In this document: piece by piece, positions 1 to 5,617 of the stretch | How positions within the stretch are numbered: the stretch's first letter is position 1 | How the letters are laid out: every line of letters starts with the position of its first letter | Assembly: GCA_964550475.1 (NCBI GenBank) | Contig: CAZJZR010000001.1 | Span: 7,847-43,998, forward strand | Length of the DNA stretch: 36,152 nt | Direction: 5' to 3' | From: an uncultured bacterium | Lineage (GTDB): Bacteria > Cyanobacteriota > Cyanobacteriia > CAIUCS01 | The notes under the pieces: model-generated | What the model was told of the DNA's origin: nothing | Databases searched by the model: none | The model's input: only the letters and a program-made list of their open reading frames with translations | Position numbers and translations under genes: made by a program

Positions 1-62
1 TCAAGCACGACATCTACATGGCAGAAGTGCCACTCGGTATGCCTGTGGCGCGTGCAGCGTAG
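1..62 (+). CDS. 3' end of an upstream ORF that runs off the window (possibly the preceding ABC-transporter gene of an nrt/cmp-type operon)
   Basis: The frame is open from the window edge to TAG at 60-62 (..KHDIYMAEVPLGMPVARAA*). It lies directly upstream of an NrtD-like ATPase on the same strand. The product is not identifiable from 20 codons. Confidence 0.3.
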   Translation, partial: KHDIYMAEVPLGMPVARAA

Positions 63-65
63 AGG

Positions 66-226
66 AGTGATGAGTGGTTAGTGGTAAGTGGTGAGTCAGT
101 AGCGATGAGTGACGAGTCATAACATCTGGTTGCATGACACATCGTGGTAAAGCCAGCAGGTTCTCACTCTGACACTCACTACTCTTTCACTCCCAACTCA
201 TCACTTACCACTCATTACTCACCACT
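66..226. repeat. Long imperfect inverted repeat built from heptamer-like units (GTGGTNA / TNACCAC)
   Basis: Arm 66-96 (agtgatgagtggttagtggtaagtggtgagt) is about 26/31 complementary to arm 196-226 (actcatcacttaccactcattactcaccact). The loop is about 100 nt. The element lies in the intergenic leader of the 257 ORF. Confidence 0.6.
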
Positions 227-256
227 TCTCTCTCCCTCTCCCACCCATTTCCTACC

Positions 257-1111
257 ATGCAAACCCTCATGACCACTGGAACCCCAACTTTACAAATCCC
301 TGATGCGCCACCGAGTCAGGATGCGTTTTTGACGATTGAGAATGTCTCGAAGGTCTACCAACTGCCCAAAGACCAAACCTATACGGTGTTGGAAAACGTC
401 AATCTGACGGTGCAGGCGGGTGAGTTTATCTGTGTGATTGGCCACTCTGGTTGCGGCAAAACCACGCTGCTGAATATGGTCAGCGGCTTTGCCAAGCCCA
501 CGACGGGTAGCGTCAAGCTAAACGGCAAGCCGATCGCCAAACCTGGCCCCGATCGCATGGTCGTGTTCCAAGGCTATGCGTTGTTGCCCTGGCTGACCGT
601 GTTTGAAAACGTCTATCTGGCGGTGAATGCGGTTTATCCAGAGAAGACCAAGGCGGAAAAGTCCCACATCGTCAAGGAACACTTGGCGATGGTGGGCTTG
701 ACGGAAGCGATGGAGAAAAAGCCAACCCAAATTTCCGGGGGGATGAAGCAACGGGTGGCGATCGCCCGTGCCCTGTCCATCCGTCCGGAAGTGCTGGTGT
801 TGGATGAACCCTTCGGCGCGTTGGATGCCATCACCAAGGAAGAACTGCAAGAAGAGTTGCTGAAGATCTGGAACGATTACCGCTGCACCGTGTTGATGAT
901 CACCCACGACATCGACGAAGCTCTGTTCCTCGCCGATCGCCTAGTGATGATGACCAATGGCCCCGCTGCCAACATTGGCGAAGTGATGGAAATTCCGTTC
1001 AAGCGTCCCCGCGATCGCGCCCGGATCATGGAATCGCCGGAATACTATCGCCTACGCAACTACGCCCTCGACTTCCTCTACAATCGGTTCGCCCACGACG
1101 ACACCGAATAG
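257..1111 (+). CDS. nrtD: ABC transporter ATP-binding protein, nitrate/bicarbonate (NrtD/CmpD) type
   Basis: 284 aa. Walker A GHSGCGKTT, ABC signature ISGGMKQR, Walker B LVLDEPFGALD and H-loop ITHD are all present. The overall sequence looks like the NrtD/CmpD/SsuB family. Choosing nrtD over cmpD is an inference. Confidence 0.88.
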   Translation: MQTLMTTGTPTLQIPDAPPSQDAFLTIENVSKVYQLPKDQTYTVLENVNLTVQAGEFICVIGHSGCGKTTLLNMVSGFAKPTTGSVKLNGKPIAKPGPDRMVVFQGYALLPWLTVFENVYLAVNAVYPEKTKAEKSHIVKEHLAMVGLTEAMEKKPTQISGGMKQRVAIARALSIRPEVLVLDEPFGALDAITKEELQEELLKIWNDYRCTVLMITHDIDEALFLADRLVMMTNGPAANIGEVMEIPFKRPRDRARIMESPEYYRLRNYALDFLYNRFAHDDTE

Positions 1112-1148
1112 ACGACGGTCATCGGCTTGGCCGAGTTAATTGCCGTAC

Positions 1149-1195
1149 AAACGCCTGATTGTTGGTGGATGCAGTCCAGAGACAATCAGGCGTTT
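1149..1195 (+). terminator. Hairpin element (aaacGCCTGATTGt ... aCAATCAGGCgttt); likely nrtD terminator and left copy of an inverted pair
   Basis: A 14-bp stem, 38 nt after the nrtD stop. The reverse complement is nearly identical to the element at 3800-3848. Confidence 0.45.
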
Positions 1196-1235
1196 CCATC
1201 TGGATTAACCTGAGTTCGGGATAAAAGATTGTGCG

Positions 1236-1386
1236 AATATGCTCTGGCGAATCGCATAAGCCCTTTGGGCAGGCTTTGCCTACGCGGCTATACGAACGAA
1301 GTCCCCCTACGGGAACCAGCCTTGACTGATGGTTGTTAGTGCGCGGAGGCGCACTTTGTCCGTGTAGACGCGGTTTCAACCGCCAG
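1236..1386. repeat. Dispersed MITE-like repeat modules
   Basis: 1236-1290 is the reverse complement of the module cgcgtaggcaaagcctgcccaa.gggc.tattc.attcgcc, also seen at 3947, 8615 and 32328. 1363-1385 (gtagacgcggtttcaaccgcc) is related to ggcggttaaaaccgcgactac at 13028 and 36056. Confidence 0.55.
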
Positions 1387-1503
1387 GTATCTCTTGTTCT
1401 CAGGCGATCGCGGCTACATACACCCGTAGTCCCCCCCAACGCCATCACCAAATTTGAACCAATCTCGACGGTCAACCCAGGGGTGCCTATACTGAATGCG
1501 TCA

Positions 1504-1645
1504 GCCTAAGTCGCTGATTCAGGATCTTAGGTGGAAAAAGTTCTACCTAATTACCCGTTTAAGCGATTTTAGGCAGAAGTAATTCAGCCTAATCAAGCTA
1601 TGGGGCGATTAGGTAGATTAGATTCTCTCTAATTACTAGTTAGGC
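1504..1645. repeat. Array of alternating CCTAA / TTAGG cores; three phased TTAGG-N14-CCTAA inverted-repeat sites ending in a GTTAGGC core
   Basis: GCCTAAG at 1504. TTAGG-N14-CCTAA at 1527-1550 and 1569-1592. TTAGG-N14-TCTAA at 1609-1632. GTTAGGC at 1639-1645. Site-to-site period is 40-42 bp. Confidence 0.55.
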
Positions 1646-1658
1646 ATCAGGTAAGCGT

Positions 1659-2021
1659 ATGAGCTACGACATAGGAATTTATCACCCAGAGGTTCGCGGT
1701 CGCGTTGAAGGGGGCGAGGATCTGGATGGGTTCGAACATCCACAACTCGATTCGGCTGCTGCCTCGCGGTTTGTTGAATCCCTCGCCGCCTATGGGTACA
1801 ACGCGGAGCCGTCGGCTCCGGATCACCGCGCGTTCGTAAAGAACGTGTCTGGAAACGAGGTTCTGGTACACGTCTTTCCGACCGAGATCGCATTTTCGGT
1901 TCCTTACGGAAAGAACTCAAAGGACGCGATCTTTGAGGCATTGCAGGATGCATCGGAGATCTTGGACTCCAAACACATGTGTATGTTCGATCCCCAAACA
2001 GGAGAGTGGGCTGATGCCTAA
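1659..2021 (+). CDS. Hypothetical protein (cassette ORF 1)
   Basis: 120-aa ORF with no motif I recognise. The ATG lies 13 nt after GTTAGGC. The TAA stop is embedded in GCCTAAC (2016-2022). Confidence 0.6.
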   Translation: MSYDIGIYHPEVRGRVEGGEDLDGFEHPQLDSAAASRFVESLAAYGYNAEPSAPDHRAFVKNVSGNEVLVHVFPTEIAFSVPYGKNSKDAIFEALQDASEILDSKHMCMFDPQTGEWADA

Positions 2022-2103
2022 CACCTCGCTGGAGCTGACGTGTGAAAGATAAAGTGCCAAGCTCAAACTCTGGCGCGCGCGCCGCTCATCTCAACCGTTG
2101 GGC
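2016..2103 (+). other. attC-like recombination site A
   Basis: R'' GCCTAAC, 5-nt spacer ACCTC, L'' GCTGGAGC ... L' GCTCATC, 6-nt spacer TCAACC, R' GTTGGGC. L''/L' pair with G at L'' position 4 bulged. T2036 is a second bulge before a GC-rich stem (2037-2044 with 2076-2083). Confidence 0.5.
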
Positions 2104-2193
2104 TGCTTCAGTTCTTGGTTGAGACAGCACTCGAATCGCTTCTGTTGAGTGCCGAAAGCGATCGCACAGATCCCGTTGCAGCATCAAAGTATA

Positions 2194-2223
2194 TTGACAA
2201 CGTAAATACGCCCTATTTACACT
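2194..2223 (+). promoter_or_regulatory. Candidate sigma70-type promoter for brnTA (possibly giving a leaderless mRNA)
   Basis: TTGACA at 2194-2199, an 18-nt spacer, then TACACT at 2218-2223. The ATG at 2230 is 7 nt downstream and has no Shine-Dalgarno sequence. Confidence 0.3.
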
Positions 2224-2229
2224 ACAAGT

Positions 2230-2526
2230 ATGGATGTGCATTTCGTTCTCAATGGCATCACGTTTGTCTGGAATGACGAGAAAGCCAGGATCAACCCGAT
2301 CAACCACGACGGTGTTACGTTCCAACAAGCCGCAGAAGTCTTCTTCGATCCATTGCTTGTGGTCGTTGATGCAAGTCGTAATGATGAAGCGCGGGATGCC
2401 GTTATTGGTTTAGATCGGCGTTGGAACTTGCTATACGTTGTCTTTGTTGATCGGGAAAACGACATCATTCGGATCATTTCGGCTCGTAAAGCGACACGTA
2501 AGGAGCGGGAATTTTATGAAGCCTGA
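2230..2526 (+). CDS. brnT: BrnT-family (DUF497) ribonuclease toxin
   Basis: 98 aa. The sequence F.WD..KA..N...HGV.F.EA..VF.D....V.D........R...IG.......L.VV...R......IISAR.A...E...Y is the typical BrnT signature. It overlaps the downstream antitoxin ORF. Confidence 0.85.
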   Translation: MDVHFVLNGITFVWNDEKARINPINHDGVTFQQAAEVFFDPLLVVVDASRNDEARDAVIGLDRRWNLLYVVFVDRENDIIRIISARKATRKEREFYEA

Positions 2527-2800
2527 AACGTTGAAAAAGCGGCTAGATCGAAACCGTCCCATGACGACGATCACCATTCGGATGCCTGAAGATGTGATTG
2601 AGGACTTGAAGCAAGTTGCCCCCCTACTGGGTTTTTCTGGGTATCAACCTTTAGTACGTGCTTATATCGGGCAAGGTCTACGAGCTGACTTAGAGCGTTT
2701 GGAAGGCGATACGGTATCTGCATTGATTGCAAGCCTCAAGCGTCATGGTGTCAGTGATGAGGTAATTCAAGAAGCACTAGGTGAAGTGACTGGGCGTTAA
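2516..2800 (+). CDS. brnA: BrnA-family antitoxin (RHH-like)
   Basis: I prefer the ATG at 2516 (MKPETLKKRLDRNRPMTTITIRMPEDVIEDLKQVA..), not the 2438 start in the ORF track. AGGAG at 2501-2505 serves as RBS. It overlaps brnT by 11 nt. Size and the ITIRMPEDVIEDLK strand-helix motif fit BrnA. Confidence 0.8.
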   Translation: MKPETLKKRLDRNRPMTTITIRMPEDVIEDLKQVAPLLGFSGYQPLVRAYIGQGLRADLERLEGDTVSALIASLKRHGVSDEVIQEALGEVTGR

Positions 2801-2987
2801 TTTGAGTCTGGCTTACAGCCAGCATCCCAATCGGGTCGAGGATGGTATTTCTCCCTCCCCTCCCACACCACCTGCCATGCGGGTCCGCAACAGGCGGTTC
2901 ATGAAGACGCGCAAACAACTCTAATGGTTTAGGTATAGCCTTGGACTTTCATCCAAAGACTACGAATAGATAGCAATCCCTGTTGCT

Positions 2988-3218
2988 CTAACCACGGCTC
3001 GACTGAGCATCGCCGAACGTCTCATTGGTCATTCCCGTCTGTGTCGCCAGCGTTTTGGACAACCGCCAATAGTCTTTGCGACTAATGCCCGTCAAAATCG
3101 CATGACGTTCAGATCTCCCTTCGTGGGTTTGCCCTTGCCTTAAGCTAGTAGTTGTCGTCACTTGGCTCCTATAACTTTCGAGCATTTGGACGCTGGTTCT
3201 CCTACAGGGGACTTTCAC
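2988..3218 (-). CDS. Possible small ribbon-helix-helix (CopG-like) protein, orphan or degraded
   Basis: The segment ILTGISRKDYWRLSKTLATQTGMTNETF resembles the RHH beta-strand/helix/G.S/helix pattern. There is no partner ORF, and the start and reality of the gene are uncertain. Confidence 0.25.
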   Translation of the reverse strand: MKVPCRRTSVQMLESYRSQVTTTTSLRQGQTHEGRSERHAILTGISRKDYWRLSKTLATQTGMTNETFGDAQSSRG

Positions 3219-3242
3219 CCCATTGATTCATGCCCATGCTGG

Positions 3243-3330
3243 GCGTACACAATTCGGGTGCAGTGGATTGATCGAAGCCGCTTGGGTTGGATGCAAAGAT
3301 GTCGGCAACCGCTGACCAGAACCGTTAGGC
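3243..3330 (+). other. attC-like recombination site B (degenerate R'')
   Basis: R''-like GCGTACAC, spacer AATTCG, L'' GGTGCAGT (3257-3264) ... L' GCTGACC (3311-3317), 6-nt spacer AGAACC, R' GTTAGGC (3324-3330). G3260 and A3267 are bulged. The 5' half is homologous to site C (G.TGCAG.G). Confidence 0.42.
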
Positions 3331-3341
3331 CACTTCGCACC

Positions 3342-3608
3342 ATGAGCGAGAATATCACCATCACACTGTCACGCGACGAGGGTCTTGTATTGTTCGAGTT
3401 CTTCGCACGTTTTGGCGAGGACGATAATGATTTCACTCTTCGCCACACTGCCGAGTATCTTGCGTTCATGCGGATGTCGGCGCAGCTCGACAAGATGTTT
3501 GTTGAGCCATTTGACCCGAAGTATAAGGATTTACTGCGAGCAGCACGCGACCGAGTTGCAGCAGGCTATGAAGGCAAAGCACCAGGAGTTCACGATGACG
3601 TGGCCTAA
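3342..3608 (+). CDS. Hypothetical protein (cassette ORF 3)
   Basis: I prefer the ATG at 3342 (MSENITITLSRDEG...), 11 nt after GTTAGGC, giving 88 aa. The TAA stop lies inside GCCTAAC (3603-3609). The 3162 start in the track would read through site B. Confidence 0.6.
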   Translation: MSENITITLSRDEGLVLFEFFARFGEDDNDFTLRHTAEYLAFMRMSAQLDKMFVEPFDPKYKDLLRAARDRVAAGYEGKAPGVHDDVA

Positions 3609-3695
3609 CCATGCGTTGCAGCGAACCCAGCGTGAGCGTTGCGGTTGCCATCGTTGCGTCCCGTGCGCCGGGTTGCTGAGCTTGGGGCGTTCGAC
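3603..3695 (+). other. attC-like recombination site C (degenerate R')
   Basis: R'' GCCTAAC, spacer CATGC, L'' GTTGCAGC ... L' GCTGAGC (3675-3681), 7-nt spacer, GTTCGAC. There is a stem of about 15 bp (3615-3632 with 3666-3681), with G3618 and G3623 bulged and one mismatch. Confidence 0.5.
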
Positions 3696-3799
3696 AGAAT
3701 CAAACTCAAGGAAAATGAAAAGCGTCAGATTTTGTGAGAAGGGAAGCGAACAGAGAGTTGCACTGGTGACGGGTTCAACATCAGGAATAATGCGGTGTC

Positions 3800-3848
3800 A
3801 AAAGCCTGATTGCGTCTGGACTTTATCCACAAACAATCAGGCTTTTTT
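3800..3848 (+). terminator. Hairpin element with T-tract (aaaaGCCTGATTG ... CAATCAGGCtttttt); right, inverted copy of the 1149 element
   Basis: A 13-bp stem followed by TTTTTT. The sequence matches the reverse complement of 1149-1195 over nearly its full length. Confidence 0.5.
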
Positions 3849-3946
3849 GCGGAGAACTAGACCTTTCTATGTATAAATGCAGGATATAGGGCGTATTTCA
3901 CGTTTGGGGGAGGGGCGGTTAAAACCGCATCTACAAGAACTAAACC

Positions 3947-4019
3947 CGCGTAGGCAAAGCCTGCCCAACGGGCATATTCTATTCGCCCGGATGTATCCCC
4001 CAACTGTTGGATACGCCCC
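3947..4019. repeat. Dispersed repeat module (cgcgtaggcaaagcctgcccaacgggcatattctattcgcccggatg..cccccaactgttggatacgccc)
   Basis: Near-identical copies lie at 8615-8685 and 32328-32399, with an inverted partial copy at 1236-1290. Confidence 0.75.
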
Positions 4020-4035
4020 AGGATATAAATGCAAG

Positions 4036-5118
4036 CTAGTCCGCCAGGAACTGCACCAATTTCTCTAAGGTTGTCCAAGCAGCACCACTGTTGAGGATAT
4101 CGTGGGCGATCGCCAGCCCAGCCGCATGATCGCCCAAAGGCACCACTTCGCCCACCTGCAATGCCAGCGAAGCATTCAACGCCACGGCATCCCGTTGGGC
4201 GGTGGTGCCTTTCCCCTGCAATACGGCTTGCAAAATGGCGGCATTTTCTTGCACATCTCCACCCACCAACGCACTAATTGGGGTGGGAGACAGCCCCAGA
4301 GCAGCGGGAGCTAAGGTTGCCGCTGACACCTGCCCTTGGCTAAGGATGGCCAAGTCGGTGACATCGCCTAAGCCGGCCTCGTCCAGCTTTTCCCGACCAT
4401 GGAGCGCGATCGCCCGTTGGATGCCCAACTGTCCCAACGCCTGCGCCATAATTTCCACCAACTTGGGATCCGACACGCCCAACACCTGCCCGGTGGGTCG
4501 TAATGGGTTCACCAACGGCCCCAACAAGTTAAAAATTGTCCGAATCCCCAAGGTTTTTCGCAGTGGTGCAACTGCTTTCATCGCTGGATGCCAACCGGGG
4601 GCGAACAGAAATGTAATCCCGACTTCCGTCAGTGCGGCCTGAATTTTCTCCGGTGCAGCGGCCAAATTAACGCCCAAAGCTTCCAGTACATCCGCAGACC
4701 CCACCTTGCCAGAGGCCGAACGGTTGCCGTGTTTGGACACCACCACCCCCGCCGCCGCCGCCACAAACGCCACTGCGGTTGAAATATTAAAGGTCGAAGC
4801 CCCATCGCCACCCGTGCCGCAGGTGTCAATCCGAGGGGTGGGCAAGTCCGTTATGGCCGTTCCCTCTACCCCACGGGACTGCCCTTGGAGCACCTGTGCC
4901 ATTCCCGTCAATTCTTCGACCGACACTCCTTTGGCCTGGATGGCAGTTAAAATTCCCCCCGACAACACCGGAGGAATCGCCTCTGCCAACCACCCCTGCA
5001 TTAACCCCTGGGCTTGCTCTACAGATAAGGATTGCCCGTCTAAGAGTTGTTGCAAGAGGGCAGACCATTGCAGGGTTGCGATAGATTCAGAGGCTTGCGG
5101 GGCAGGGGACATAACCAT
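4036..5118 (-). CDS. trpD: Anthranilate phosphoribosyltransferase
   Basis: 360 aa. It contains the TrpD hallmarks [17 protein letters not shown] and [22 protein letters not shown]. Confidence 0.95.
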   Translation of the reverse strand: MVMSPAPQASESIATLQWSALLQQLLDGQSLSVEQAQGLMQGWLAEAIPPVLSGGILTAIQAKGVSVEELTGMAQVLQGQSRGVEGTAITDLPTPRIDTCGTGGDGASTFNISTAVAFVAAAAGVVVSKHGNRSASGKVGSADVLEALGVNLAAAPEKIQAALTEVGITFLFAPGWHPAMKAVAPLRKTLGIRTIFNLLGPLVNPLRPTGQVLGVSDPKLVEIMAQALGQLGIQRAIALHGREKLDEAGLGDVTDLAILSQGQVSAATLAPAALGLSPTPISALVGGDVQENAAILQAVLQGKGTTAQRDAVALNASLALQVGEVVPLGDHAAGLAIAHDILNSGAAWTTLEKLVQFLAD

Positions 5119-5292
5119 GATGTACTTGCGGGGTAAATCGTCATTATTGTAATTAATCAGCTTAAATCATCCGCGTACCCAAGCGGTTCTGAGCAACGTA
5201 ATCTCTCCATGACTCTGGGTTTAATCCAAAACAGGATTAACTACTGGATCAACTAACAGTCACGTTCCTTATCGGTGCTAAGGGAGGAGCGT

Positions 5293-5409
5293 AAAAATAA
5301 AGTACCCATAATCTAAAGATGATGCGTTACGGCTGAAGCCTTTAGGCAAAGCCCATGCCGGAGGCTATACGCATCCTACGCTGGGTATTTTATTTATTTG
5401 CAGATCCCT
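5293..5409. repeat. MITE-like element with terminal inverted repeats (aaaataaagtaccc ... gggtattttattt)
   Basis: A second copy lies at 24423-24529 with the same internal sequence (gatgcgtt.cggct.aa.cc.t..ggc.aagcccat.ccggaggctatacgca.cctac). Confidence 0.7.
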
Positions 5410-5617
5410 AACCTGCTTGATTCACGACATTCTACACGCCAAACCGTAGGGGCAAGCCCCCCGTGGTTGCCTCATAGGTCAGACAATTAGACAGTGATCT
5501 TGTAGACAGTGATCTTGGTGTAAAGCGGCATTCCCTGCATTGGGCGGTGTCCCCGTGACCACCTCTACGAGTTTTGGGGCTTTTGCGTAAATCCGTAAAT
5601 CGTCATGAAAATGCAAG

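Noticed and set aside
1119-1475. ORF-track entries 1119..1475(-) and 3385..3876(+), which share a peptide (..PDC.WT.STNNQAF..)
   Set aside because: The shared peptide is just the translation of the inverted 47-bp hairpin element and other MITE modules. The ORFs span repeats and attC-like DNA, so they are not genes.
2438-2515. The longer 2438 start for the brnA ORF, and the 3162 and 33845 starts for two other ORFs
   Set aside because: The upstream extensions overlap the preceding gene or the attC-like site and lack an RBS. The internal ATGs (2516, 3342, 33935) give the conserved N-termini. 2516 has an AGGAG RBS, and 33845 is a TTG.
2850-2905. Peptide-like motif (..HTTCHAGPQQAVHEDAQ.. on the plus strand, ..RTRMAGGVGGEG.. 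on the minus strand) reminiscent of mobile-element ORF tails
   Set aside because: I could not tie it to a specific family from memory. It is short, lacks an ORF context and may be a repeat-derived sequence.
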